A DNA stretch of 59,338 nt, the filler included. It is 7 parts of 7 records of this genome, joined end to end, with 100 filler letters (N's around TTAATTAATTAA, not from the genome) between each part and the next. Parts side by side here need not be neighbours in the genome. Positions count along the whole stretch, not along the records: positions 37,280 to 52,804 come from SRR31156797_51716; positions 52,905 to 59,338 come from SRR31156797_51719; 5 more parts are not named here. The stretch is one strand, 5' to 3'. Made by a program: the position numbers and the translations under genes. Position 1 is the first letter of the stretch. Every line of letters starts with the position of its first letter. Positions 49,103-58,817 of this stretch are shown here, piece after piece. Under the pieces are notes generated by a model, which made no database searches, was not told the DNA's origin, and worked only from the letters and a program-made list of their open reading frames with translations.

Positions 49103-49936
49103 TTACAAAAATATTGCGCCCAGGTTGATGCTCTGTTCAAAATCCACAGATATGGTTTTAGTTTCAAAACCCTCCGCTTCTATTGTCAGACGGTATTCTC
49201 CGCTGTTTTCCAAGAGGCCGTGAAACCAGAAATCGCCGTAATTATTAGTTGTTGTCTCGGCCTGCTTCACATCTTTCCGTGACAGGGTAACTCTTGCCCC
49301 TTCCACGCATTCGTCCTGCTCACTGTTGGCGACGCTGCCGGCGATAAACTCGTGGGTGAACAGTTCAAGATTTCGGAACAAGACTCGCGGCCGGGTATTT
49401 AATTCCGGCCGGTAAAAGTTTAGGTCATTTTCTTTCATCAATTTTTCCATTTCAGGATCATTCACCTGGCGGACGGATAAGGCGTCGGTCGGACAGGCCT
49501 GGACGCACCTGGGTTCGTCCCAGCCATCGTCCAAAAGATGGGCGCAGAGCGTGCACTTCTGAGGGACGGATGTTTCCTCGTTCCAGAAAACAGCCCCGTA
49601 TGGGCAGGCGTCCACAATGAATTTCTGCCTTTTTGCTTTTTCCGGGTAAATTATAACGATGCCGTCTTCACGCTTGTAAACGGCGCCGTTTTGCGCCGCC
49701 TTTATGCAGGGCGCATCATCGCAATGCTGACAGGTAAGCGGCAGATAGGCCGGTTTTACCAAAGGAAAGCCTCCGCCCTCTTTCCTTAGAATGTTCATCC
49801 ACCGCTGCTCGCGGGCGCCCTGGGGCAGGGAATACGGCGACCAGTCGTTTTCCACGAATTCATCCTTGCAGGCCATGAAGCAGTTGTTGCAATCATGGCA
49901 GCGGGCCGCGTCCACGATCATTATCCACTTTTTCAT
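49103..49936 (-). CDS. bthL: Pyrogallol hydroxytransferase (transhydroxylase) small Fe-S subunit
   Basis: CHDCNNCFMACKDE, CQHC..APC and CTLCAHLL...RCVQACP motifs, with a C-terminal Ig/carboxypeptidase-regulatory-like domain. Lies 12 nt downstream of the large subunit. Confidence 0.8.
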   Translation of the reverse strand: MKKWIMIVDAARCHDCNNCFMACKDEFVENDWSPYSLPQGAREQRWMNILRKEGGGFPLVKPAYLPLTCQHCDDAPCIKAAQNGAVYKREDGIVIIYPEKAKRQKFIVDACPYGAVFWNEETSVPQKCTLCAHLLDDGWDEPRCVQACPTDALSVRQVNDPEMEKLMKENDLNFYRPELNTRPRVLFRNLELFTHEFIAGSVANSEQDECVEGARVTLSRKDVKQAETTTNNYGDFWFHGLLENSGEYRLTIEAEGFETKTISVDFEQSINLGAIFL

Positions 49937-49948
49937 TTTACCGCCTCC

Positions 49949-52510
49949 CTACAGCCTTTTGATTTCAATCAGGCACGAATTTGGCGCCATACCGCAGGCG
50001 TTTTTACCCATATACCTGCCCGGAGTCAGGATATTCACGCACCCGGCCCTGTCGGCGGATTCGCCCGGTATGCCAACCGGGTCGTATTCCGCGCAGGATT
50101 CATAGGAATGGACCGTTCCGGGCGGCACGCGTTCGCTCAATTGAGCCGCCAAAATGACCGAACCACGATCGTTAAAAGCCTGCACAAGATCGCCGTCCTC
50201 GATTCCGCGTTCGAGGGCATCCTTGGGGTTGATTCTGATGATCCAGTAGTCGTACCCTTCAATGGCGATTCGGTGGTCCTTGATTTCATTGATCCAGCTT
50301 CCCTTGGCGTCGCCCATGGTATGGAAGCTGAACCGGGGATGAGGGCTGATGAGTTGAAGCGGATATTTATTAACTAAATGCGTGGTATGAATTCCCTCCC
50401 ATGAATCTATGTGCTTGGGAATGAGAGGACGCTCCGGGTCGTTGGGATCGAATTTCCTCAAACTTGATGATTCGAACTCTATCAGGCCGGAAGTTGTCTG
50501 GAGTCCTTTTCCAAGTTCTTCCTGGGTTTCAGGATGGGGGCCCCAGTCAGGCGTGTCTTTAAGCCTTCCTTCCGCAAACCACCTGAGGGCTGGTGTCGGT
50601 TTGTAGTTTTCAGGCATGGGAACGACGAAATATCCCTTTTCGGAAAAATCCTCCCAAGTGACATGTTTGGGCAGGTCAGTCGTGTCGAAATAGCGCCTGA
50701 CCCAGTCCAGCTCCGTTAGTCCGCCTTCCGTATAGGCGTCGTAAAGCCCAAGACGTTCGGCCAGCAAGGCGAATATGTCATAGTCAGACCTGGATTCCCC
50801 AAGCGGCTCTATACACTTTTTCTGCAAGGTTATAACCCGGTGGTTGACCTGGGTGAAAGAATCGGTCACATACCCTGAACAATTGGCGAATTCACTAATA
50901 TCCCACCGCTCGAAGTTGGTGCAGGCCGGAAGAATGATATCGGCGAACTTTGTTTCGCCCTCGAACCAGATGGATTGATTGACCACAAATGGCAGTCGCT
51001 CTGTTCGGTAAGCCTTTACGTACCGGTTGGTCTGGTTCATGGTTCCGAAGAATGATCCGCCGTACCGGTAATACATCTGTATTTCCGGGCGCCCTGGCGC
51101 CGGGTACTCGTACTTTTGAAATTGCGCCTCAATGGACGATCCGCAAAATCCTTTGCCCCTCCATTCGAATTTCCCATCCAATATGCATTCAGGGATCTTT
51201 AACCGGGGAATATGCTGCCCGCCCGGAGAATTGATTGTCGAACGGGTCGGCTGTCCTTTCATAATTTTGGCCCAGCGGAATCCCGCGGCCGAATTATCCA
51301 CGTCGCCGGATATGCCGCCTTCCGCGTACCCGGGAAACAGAAATTCAGTGTTGCAGGGCGCTCCCTGGGTGGTGGCCCAGATGTTAACGCCCGGTTTGCC
51401 CAGACCCTGCATGGCCTGAAGCGAAATCATCAGCCTGGCCCACTGGGTCCCGGTGGCCGACCGGCAGGCGCCTCCCCACCCGGAAAGACCGCCGGCGGCA
51501 AGCATGGTTTTCTTTGAAGCCCATTCGCGGGCCAGGGCCTTTATGTCTCGGGCGGGCACGCCCGATTCCATTTCAGCCCATTTCGGCGTTTTCGGGATCC
51601 CGTCCTCATTGCCCAGTATGTAATCCCGCCAGGCGTCAAAACCCACGGTCCGGTTTTCTATATATTCCTTGTCATACGTCCCTTCTGTCAGCCAGACAAA
51701 AGCAATCGCGCAAGCAACGGCATTGCCCGTGTCCGGTTTCGGCGCCAGCCATTTGTCTCCGAACAGGCCGGCGGTGTGATTCATGAACGGGTCTATGAAA
51801 ACCATTTTCACGCCCAGTTCCTTTAACCAGAATCGTCGCGGTGTGCTTTCAAAAGCGGAATATATGCCATGCGTGGTTTCGGGGTCGCTGGACCAGAAGA
51901 CGAGCAGTTCCGTGTTTTTAAGAGCATCTTCCAGCAGGTCGTATTGTTCCGGAATACCCAGGCGGCCGGAAAACCCCCATTGATGCATACCGCCCCAGTG
52001 CCAGCCTTCCCATGAATCCGGGTTGTGGTCCGCGTACGTGTATCCAACAAGGTTCATGAAGCGAAAATAAGCGCTGTGACGATACCCGATGTTGCCCCAG
52101 AGATGGTGGCTGCTGGGTGTGGATAGTATGGCCGCCGGACCGTATTCACGCTTGATCCTTTTAATCTCGCCGGTGACAATATCGGCCGCGTCATCCCATC
52201 CGATGCGCTCGTAACCGGATTCGCCCCGCTTTTCCGGATTCCGCTTGCCGTGCGGGTCGAAATCCACCCGCTTCATGGGATGCAGGATTCTTGTGGGCGA
52301 ATAGATCATCGACCGCCAGGCAAATGAATACGGGGCCAAAGTTGTTTTTCTGGGCGGGCTAAAGGTTCTTCCCCGGGCCTCAATGGACCAGGATGGGGCG
52401 TCGTCAGCGTCAAACTCCATCGGGGTGATCCGGACTATCCGTCCGTCCTTGACATACACGAACACCGGGCCGCCGGTAGTTCCATTGGTAAGCTTTTCCA
52501 TTGCACCCAT
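49949..52510 (-). CDS. athL: Pyrogallol hydroxytransferase (transhydroxylase) large Mo-bisMGD subunit
   Basis: TGGPVFVYVKDG, STPSSHHLWGNIGYRHS, HNPDSWEGWHWG (Ser Mo ligand), FPGYAEGGISGD and SEFANCSGY match Pelobacter acidigallici AthL as recalled. No Tat signal and no N-terminal Fe-S. Confidence 0.85.
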   Translation of the reverse strand: MGAMEKLTNGTTGGPVFVYVKDGRIVRITPMEFDADDAPSWSIEARGRTFSPPRKTTLAPYSFAWRSMIYSPTRILHPMKRVDFDPHGKRNPEKRGESGYERIGWDDAADIVTGEIKRIKREYGPAAILSTPSSHHLWGNIGYRHSAYFRFMNLVGYTYADHNPDSWEGWHWGGMHQWGFSGRLGIPEQYDLLEDALKNTELLVFWSSDPETTHGIYSAFESTPRRFWLKELGVKMVFIDPFMNHTAGLFGDKWLAPKPDTGNAVACAIAFVWLTEGTYDKEYIENRTVGFDAWRDYILGNEDGIPKTPKWAEMESGVPARDIKALAREWASKKTMLAAGGLSGWGGACRSATGTQWARLMISLQAMQGLGKPGVNIWATTQGAPCNTEFLFPGYAEGGISGDVDNSAAGFRWAKIMKGQPTRSTINSPGGQHIPRLKIPECILDGKFEWRGKGFCGSSIEAQFQKYEYPAPGRPEIQMYYRYGGSFFGTMNQTNRYVKAYRTERLPFVVNQSIWFEGETKFADIILPACTNFERWDISEFANCSGYVTDSFTQVNHRVITLQKKCIEPLGESRSDYDIFALLAERLGLYDAYTEGGLTELDWVRRYFDTTDLPKHVTWEDFSEKGYFVVPMPENYKPTPALRWFAEGRLKDTPDWGPHPETQEELGKGLQTTSGLIEFESSSLRKFDPNDPERPLIPKHIDSWEGIHTTHLVNKYPLQLISPHPRFSFHTMGDAKGSWINEIKDHRIAIEGYDYWIIRINPKDALERGIEDGDLVQAFNDRGSVILAAQLSERVPPGTVHSYESCAEYDPVGIPGESADRAGCVNILTPGRYMGKNACGMAPNSCLIEIKRL

Positions 52511-52804
52511 ATCATTGACTCCTGTGTTGTTAGTTGAAACGACGCAAAGTCAGGCTGCCGTTTAAAGCTCGTTGTTTTTATTCTTGATGGAATAGCGACG
52601 TAATAATTGGCGCCGCTATTCGTTTGCATGTTTTGACAATATATGCGCCGGCCGGTCTTTTGACCGGCTATCCACTTATATTTGAGTCTCATGATAAGAG
52701 ACAGTAATATGAATAATGAGATTACTTATGAAGACCTGAAAACAGGTCTCCTGTCAATGATAAAAAATGTCAGGAAATAAAATTTTGTATCTATTATATC
52801 GGAT

Positions 52805-52904
52805 NNNNNNNNNNNNNNNNNNNNNNNNNNNNNNNNNNNNNNNNNNNNTTAATTAATTAANNNNNNNNNNNNNNNNNNNNNNNNNNNNNNNNNNNNNNNN
52901 NNNN
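52805..52904. other. Artificial contig linker
   Basis: N44-TTAATTAATTAA-N44. Confidence 0.98.
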
Positions 52905-52997
52905 CTTCTGCCTGAAATTATCCACAGTAAATTTAGGTTCGTGTATTCCCACCACAAACCGTCCCTGGGGGCTGACGCAGGTTCTGGGTGTTTTCAT

Positions 52998-53348
52998 TTA
53001 CATCTCCGGGGCCGCCGAAGGCACCAGGCACAGAAAGGCAAGAGGTTCATCCGAGCTGTTTTTTATCTGGTGGTCGACATTGGGGGGCACATAGACCGCA
53101 GTCCCCGGGGAAATGACATGCCACTCATCCCCAAGGAGGATTTCGCCTTTGCCCTCAACCACATAGATTTCATGCTCCCAGTCATGGGTATGCCGGGGGG
53201 CATGACCACCGGGTTCAACGTCAAATCTTCTCATGCAAAAATTGGGGGCCCCGTCATCCTTTCCGATGAGTACGCGGCCTGTGACATTCTTGACTATGTC
53301 GTTGTTTATTTCTGTCCCCTGGATATTTTTATAGTGGGCTGCTTTCAT
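52998..53348 (-). CDS. Cupin domain protein
   Basis: PRHTHDWEHE..V..G.G and VPPNVDHQ motifs. AAGGAG RBS. Confidence 0.88.
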   Translation of the reverse strand: MKAAHYKNIQGTEINNDIVKNVTGRVLIGKDDGAPNFCMRRFDVEPGGHAPRHTHDWEHEIYVVEGKGEILLGDEWHVISPGTAVYVPPNVDHQIKNSSDEPLAFLCLVPSAAPEM

Positions 53349-53657
53349 TTTATCTCCTTTAAAACGGCGTTGTCCGGCCGGTTCTGTTAAGTACTGGTAT
53401 CTGAAATTTAAGAACCTGGGGCTGAATTGTCAATGCCTGTTCCTGCACAGGTCAGGGCGATCGCATCTAGTTTGCCTGCAGTTTGCTTTCGAGTACAATC
53501 GCCAATGGTTCTTGTATTGTTATTTCTTATAAAAATTACGTAAAGCTATAGGGATTATCTGATTGAATGTCGTCAATCAATTGGCTACTCTTTTTGGTTA
53601 CTGTTATTGGAATCCAACGTAGGAATCACAACAACTTTATCAAAAGGAAACAAGAAA

Positions 53658-54659
53658 ATGAAAAGATTAAGTTTACTCATTGTATTCATGATTTTCGCCT
53701 TATCGGGGTTTTCGCAGGCGGCCCAGCCACCGGGCCAGCTCACCTTTACCTTTACACCAACAATCCAACAAAAAACAGGAAAAGTCGATCTGTGGTTTCC
53801 ATACCCCATGAGCGACGAATTCCAGACCATTTCAAATATGTCTGTCACCGGTAATTTCGGCAGTTCAACCATTTACAAAGACCCTGATTCTGAAGCGGTG
53901 TATGGTCACGCCGTGTGGGAGAACCCGGTGGAGGCGCCCCAATGTGTCATGCAGTTCCACATTAGCCAAAAGGACCGGCGGAACACCGATATCAAGGATT
54001 CGGGCGAAGGATTTCCGGAAATCGTTACCCCTTACTTGAAGGCGACGTCTGAGGTTCCGGCCAACGATCCTGAAATGAAGAAAATCGCTGACCAGGCAAT
54101 CCAAGGAAAAACAGGAACCCTGGAAAAAGCCCGGGCTGTGTATGACTGGGTGGTAGAAAATACCTTCAGGGACCCTGAAGTGAAGGGCTGCGGCCTGGGT
54201 ATCCCGGGAAGAACCCTTCAGCTGTGTGATGGCGGCGGCAAATGTGCAGATCTGTCTGCGGTATTCGTCACACTGGCCAGGGCAGCGGGAATTCCGGCAA
54301 AAGATGTGTACGGCCTGCGTTTGGGTTCTCCTGAAACCGGAAATGTTACCAGCGGATTTCACTGCTGGGCAGAATTCTACCTGCCGGGAACCGGCTGGGT
54401 GATGGTCGACCCTGCCGATGTCCGCAAAATGATGCTGGTTCATAAGCTTGAAAAACCCGGAAAATGGTATGAGTTTTTCTGGGGTGGAGACGATCTGTTC
54501 CGCCTGGTTCTTGAAAAAAATTCCAGAAGTGCCCTTCTGAACGGCATGGATAAGCCTCTCAACTATTTCATGTATCCTGCGGCCCAGGTGGACGGGAAAA
54601 TGCTCAACTATTTTGACGCAAAAAATTTCAGCTATAAAGTGGAATTTAAAAAAGATTAA
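53658..54659 (+). CDS. Exported transglutaminase-like (Cys-His-Asp) protein
   Basis: Signal peptide from ATG 53658 (MKRLSLLIVF...SQA). GGKCADLS, HCWAEFYLPG.GW and VDPAD motifs; extra GCG motif. Confidence 0.85.
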   Translation: MKRLSLLIVFMIFALSGFSQAAQPPGQLTFTFTPTIQQKTGKVDLWFPYPMSDEFQTISNMSVTGNFGSSTIYKDPDSEAVYGHAVWENPVEAPQCVMQFHISQKDRRNTDIKDSGEGFPEIVTPYLKATSEVPANDPEMKKIADQAIQGKTGTLEKARAVYDWVVENTFRDPEVKGCGLGIPGRTLQLCDGGGKCADLSAVFVTLARAAGIPAKDVYGLRLGSPETGNVTSGFHCWAEFYLPGTGWVMVDPADVRKMMLVHKLEKPGKWYEFFWGGDDLFRLVLEKNSRSALLNGMDKPLNYFMYPAAQVDGKMLNYFDAKNFSYKVEFKKD

Positions 54660-54676
54660 CCAGATGAAAACCCAAC

Positions 54677-54704
54677 TGCACCGGAAACACCTGTTTCCGG
54701 TGCA
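54677..54704 (+). other. Strong intergenic hairpin without U-tract (mRNA stabiliser or partial terminator)
   Basis: TGCACCGGAAACA-cc-TGTTTCCGGTGCA. Confidence 0.55.
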
Positions 54705-54755
54705 CACGCTCTAACCGGATTATCGAATCTAACCAACATTTTCTTGGGATACATC

Positions 54756-55403
54756 ATGAAAAACAGACGGGAATTTATAAAAAACGGCCTGGCGCTGACC
54801 CTGGGAGCCGGCGGTATTTTTATGGCCGGCCAGTCTATTGCCTTCCCCGGGGCAGATAGCAAAAAATGGGCCATGATCATTGACATGACCCGGTGTACAG
54901 GCTGTCAAAGCTGTATGGTGGGCTGCAAACTGCAAAACAACACGGCTCCGGAACAGTTTAACACACGAATTACCGGACATGAGACCGGGGTTTATCCCAA
55001 AGCAGGTCTTAAGTTTACTGCGGACATCTGCCGTCACTGCAACCCGGCCCCCTGCCTGGATGCCTGTGACCGGGACGCCGTGTTCGTCCACGATTCGGGT
55101 CTGGTGATGACCGATTGGAACCTGTGCGACGGCAGTGCAGACTGCGTGGACGCCTGTCCATACGATGCCCGGTTTCTGGATGCGCGCTTTGAAAACCGGT
55201 CAGACAAATGCGACCTGTGCCTGAACAGGATCACCCAGGGGATGGTGCCGGCCTGCGTGGAAAACTGCTCGGCAAATGCCAGGGTATTTGGCCGTCTGGA
55301 CAAACCCACGGGAGAATTTAAAACATATCTTAATGCGTTATCAGCACAGAGCCTTAATGAACAATTGGTTCACATCATTGGATCAGACGGAAAGGAAACC
55401 TGA
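54756..55403 (+). CDS. TtrB/NrfC-like four-cluster Fe-S subunit with Tat signal
   Basis: NRREFIK Tat motif; CTGCQSCMVGC, CRHC..APC...C, CDGSADCVDACP and CDLC...ACVENC. Confidence 0.85.
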   Translation: MKNRREFIKNGLALTLGAGGIFMAGQSIAFPGADSKKWAMIIDMTRCTGCQSCMVGCKLQNNTAPEQFNTRITGHETGVYPKAGLKFTADICRHCNPAPCLDACDRDAVFVHDSGLVMTDWNLCDGSADCVDACPYDARFLDARFENRSDKCDLCLNRITQGMVPACVENCSANARVFGRLDKPTGEFKTYLNALSAQSLNEQLVHIIGSDGKET

Positions 55404-55406
55404 GTT

Positions 55407-58400
55407 TTGAAAACAGATAAAAGCAAACAAAACACCATCAGCCGCCGCGATGTTCTTAAAACTCCGGCTGCGGCTGCCCTGGGGGTGCTTGCTTCATCCA
55501 GTGCCCAGGCTAAGGATGCCCCCCGCCTGGACCCAAGGGATGTGCAGTCCCAAACCTGCACCCGGATGTCCGAAAACGCCAAAACCGTTCATTCGGTTTG
55601 CCTGGCCTGCGCAGCCAGGTGCGGTGTTCGGGGTGTGGTAGAAGATGGAAAACTGGTGAATATTTCCGGTAATCCCTATCATCCTTATAATATGCAGTTT
55701 TCCCCCATTGATTATGACACGCCCGCTGCATCTTCAATGGATGTCCACAGCCCCCTGTGCGGCAAAGGCCTGGATACCCCCAACCACATATACAGCCCCT
55801 ATCGCCTGCGCAGGCCCCTGAAACGTTCCGGTCCCAGGGGGTCCGGCAAGTTTGAACCCATTGCCTGGGATGACTTGATCCGGGAAATCAGCCAGGGCGG
55901 TAAACTATTCGCCCATTTGGGTGAAGACAGAGAGGTCCCCGGGATAAAAGAGGTCCTGTCTGACAGCCCCGTGGATGACCGCGACCCTTATCTGGGTCCC
56001 AAACGAAACGGGTTTACGCTTATGACGGGCCGTCTCCAGGCCGGGAGAAAACAATTTATAGACCGGTTTGTCAAATCTTCAGTGGGGTCTATGAACCGCA
56101 TCGGACACACAGACATCTGCGGTCTGGGATTCCGCATGGGCAACTATGCCTTGAGCGACGGTGCCCAGGTGGAGCTCAAAGCTGACCCCACCCATGCAGA
56201 TTACATCCTCGTATTCGGTGCCAACCTTTACGAAGCGCTCCAGCCCGGCGTCAATACCTATGGGGCCACAGTGGCCCGCCGCCACGCCGACGGCAAGCTT
56301 GATTTTTCAATTGTGGACCCCAGGGCCACCCGCGCAGGCGCCCATGCCAGGGACTGGTTGCCGGTGAAACCTGGTAAAGACGGTGCTCTGGCCATGGCAA
56401 TCATCCGGTGGATGATAGAAAACCGTTCATACAATGCTGACTACCTGAGCGCCCCCAACCCTGAAGCCATTCGGAAAAAAGGATTCGGGGTCCTGTCCAA
56501 TGCCAGCCACCTGGTGATCTGTGATCCCGGGCACCCTGACGACGGGGCCTTTTTACGCGCCCGGCATCTGGATCCCTCCCTTACCGGTGAAAAGGCGGGT
56601 CAAGCCATGGTGTTTGCACCTAAAGGGCAATCACCCAAAACCGCTGAATCCATCAATCTTGCAGATCTGGACCGGTCCGAAACCGTAATGGATCACGCCG
56701 GTAATACCATCCGGGTCAAAACCGCATTTGCCCTGTTAAAACAGGAAGCCTTGTCCACCACCATGGCGGATTACTCCGCAGCTTGCGGGGTCGGCCTGGA
56801 TCAGATCACGTCTGTGGCCAAAGAATTTTCATCCCACGGCACTCGGGCTGCCGTGACTCAATACCATGGCGCCGGTAACTACGTGAACGGCACCTATGCA
56901 GCCTATGCTATTGCTTCTCTCAATATCCTGGTGGGAAGTGTCAACATGAAAGGCGGCTACCTGAAAGGGGGAGGCGGTTGCGGTTCACCCATGGAGGGCC
57001 AGTACGACCTTAAAAATTTCCCTGGAAAACACAAAAAGTCAGGTGTAACCATTTCCCGGGAAAAGGGCTGGTACGAAAAGACAACTGAGTACAAGGAGAA
57101 AAAAGCGCAGACCGGATCAGGGTATCCTTCCCGCCGCCCCTGGTTTAAGTTTACCAAAGGCGGACTCTGTGTGGAGGGGCTCAGCGGAATTGACCAGGGG
57201 TATCCTTACCCGGTTCAGGTGCTGTTTACCTATTTATTTAATCCGGTCTACTCCATTCCCGGGGGATACCGCTTCAAGGAAACCCTTGCAGACCCTGCCA
57301 AGCTCCCCCTCCATGTTTCCATTGACATTGCAGTGAACGAATCCAATCTGTATGCCGACTATATTGTTCCGGATCTCAGTTTTATAGAAGGCCATTACGG
57401 ATGGCTGAATCCCCATGCCCCGGTCATGTCCTTTACCGGTATCCGGAGCCCTATGATTGAGCCTTTAACGGAAAAAACGCCTGACGGCAGACCCATATGT
57501 ACGGAAACATTTTTCATCGACCTTGCCCAGGCCTTAAATCTTCCGGGTTTCGGAAAAAATGCCATTCCGGGAAAAGACGGCAGGCATTACGATCTGTTTT
57601 GCGCCGAGGATTTCTATCTTAGGGCCTATGCCAACATCGCCGACAATGCCAAAGTACCTGTAGCAAGCCCGGAAGAAGTTGCCTACGTGGAATCGGCCTA
57701 TCCCCTGGCCCGGTACAAAAAAATCATTTCTGAAAAAGAGTGGCAAAAAGTTTGCTATATGCTGGCCCGGGGCGGTATATTCAAGCCCTATGATTCTGTG
57801 TTTGACGGAGAGGTCCACACCAAGGGCCTTAAACAGGTCCATTTATACAATGAATCCATGGCCGCTGCCACCAACACCCTTACCGGAGAAAAGAACAAAG
57901 GTTTTCCCTGCTGGATACCGCCCAAAGACTCCCGGGGTGAACTCATGGACGCACTTGAAAAAGAGTATCCATTTTCAATCGTGACCTATAAAAACAGGCT
58001 TCACACCCAGTCAAGAACACTGTGGTCCAAGCTGTCCATGGAAATTGTCGGAGAAAACCGCGTGGAAATGAATTCCATCGATGCCAGGCATCTGGGGTTC
58101 AAAGACGGGGACTGGGTCCGGCTGGTCTCCCGGGACAACTCTGAAGGTATAAAGGGACAGGTAGTCTTAACCGAACTTGTCCGTCAGGGCTGCTTGGCCG
58201 TATCCTTCCACTTCGGCCATACCCAGTTCGGCGCAGGGCCGCTGGAAATTCCGGGCGGTGAAACGGTTTTTATAGGTGGAAGCCAGGTAATGTCCGGCAA
58301 CCGGCTGAAAACTGAGCCAAACTATACCAAGGGACTTAACTTCAATGATGTTACGATACTGGACCCCCATCTTGCCCGCACCCCCATGGTGGACCTTGTG

Positions 58401-58460
58401 GGCGGCACTCCGGATTTCAGCAGCACCCGGGTGACGATAATCAAGGAAGAACCTGCCTGA
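55407..58460 (+). CDS. Tat-exported Mo-bisMGD oxidoreductase, tetrathionate reductase A (TtrA/SrdA)-like
   Basis: SRRDVLK Tat motif, CLACAARCG...CGKG Fe-S motif, GNPYHP, GHTDICGLGFRMG (Cys ligand); 1017 aa. TTG start with AAGGA RBS. Confidence 0.8.
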   Translation: MKTDKSKQNTISRRDVLKTPAAAALGVLASSSAQAKDAPRLDPRDVQSQTCTRMSENAKTVHSVCLACAARCGVRGVVEDGKLVNISGNPYHPYNMQFSPIDYDTPAASSMDVHSPLCGKGLDTPNHIYSPYRLRRPLKRSGPRGSGKFEPIAWDDLIREISQGGKLFAHLGEDREVPGIKEVLSDSPVDDRDPYLGPKRNGFTLMTGRLQAGRKQFIDRFVKSSVGSMNRIGHTDICGLGFRMGNYALSDGAQVELKADPTHADYILVFGANLYEALQPGVNTYGATVARRHADGKLDFSIVDPRATRAGAHARDWLPVKPGKDGALAMAIIRWMIENRSYNADYLSAPNPEAIRKKGFGVLSNASHLVICDPGHPDDGAFLRARHLDPSLTGEKAGQAMVFAPKGQSPKTAESINLADLDRSETVMDHAGNTIRVKTAFALLKQEALSTTMADYSAACGVGLDQITSVAKEFSSHGTRAAVTQYHGAGNYVNGTYAAYAIASLNILVGSVNMKGGYLKGGGGCGSPMEGQYDLKNFPGKHKKSGVTISREKGWYEKTTEYKEKKAQTGSGYPSRRPWFKFTKGGLCVEGLSGIDQGYPYPVQVLFTYLFNPVYSIPGGYRFKETLADPAKLPLHVSIDIAVNESNLYADYIVPDLSFIEGHYGWLNPHAPVMSFTGIRSPMIEPLTEKTPDGRPICTETFFIDLAQALNLPGFGKNAIPGKDGRHYDLFCAEDFYLRAYANIADNAKVPVASPEEVAYVESAYPLARYKKIISEKEWQKVCYMLARGGIFKPYDSVFDGEVHTKGLKQVHLYNESMAAATNTLTGEKNKGFPCWIPPKDSRGELMDALEKEYPFSIVTYKNRLHTQSRTLWSKLSMEIVGENRVEMNSIDARHLGFKDGDWVRLVSRDNSEGIKGQVVLTELVRQGCLAVSFHFGHTQFGAGPLEIPGGETVFIGGSQVMSGNRLKTEPNYTKGLNFNDVTILDPHLARTPMVDLVGGTPDFSSTRVTIIKEEPA

Positions 58461-58521
58461 TCAGGTAAGTGTATTATGTATGACATTAGATATCTTTATT
58501 ATTATTTAATTTTACTTTAAG

Positions 58522-58785
58522 ATGTCTGTAACCAGTTCAGAAAAGGATGCTGTCATACCTACGATGAAATTTTTTTTTACTTGGATAATAGTCCTGTGCC
58601 GAGTCGTAGTGGGGGGTATTGTGTTCAAAACAGGTTTTGATTATAGCAGAGGCAGCAGTGTGTTTGCTTATCAGAACCATGATGGTGAAATTGCTGGTTT
58701 TTTTGTTATGGCTTTAGGCATATACTTTGTCTTTTCAGGTATATTTCGTGGTTTGTTTGGTTGTGACCCAACGGACCGGCTGTAA
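58522..58785 (+). CDS. Small two-TM membrane protein, unknown function
   Basis: 87-aa ORF with two hydrophobic segments; lower GC than flanking genes. Confidence 0.5.
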   Translation: MSVTSSEKDAVIPTMKFFFTWIIVLCRVVVGGIVFKTGFDYSRGSSVFAYQNHDGEIAGFFVMALGIYFVFSGIFRGLFGCDPTDRL

Positions 58786-58817
58786 CTTCCAAAGTGAATG
58801 ATTTTAAAATTCAAGAA

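Noticed and set aside
52633-52650. Possible sigma54 promoter upstream of athL (minus strand CGGCGCATATATTGT)
   Set aside because: The -12 element is GT rather than GC and the -24 context is weak.
53865-54707. Long antisense ORFs (e.g. 280 aa here, 241 aa at 30768-31493, 192 aa at 34162-34740)
   Set aside because: They are shadows of well-supported genes on the opposite strand in GC-rich DNA and have no domain features.
55401-55409. TtrB-like and TtrA-like ORFs are in the same frame, separated only by TGA-GTT, suggesting Sec read-through fusion
   Set aside because: The TGA is not at a Cys-equivalent position and no SECIS-like hairpin follows. The downstream gene has its own RBS and Tat signal.
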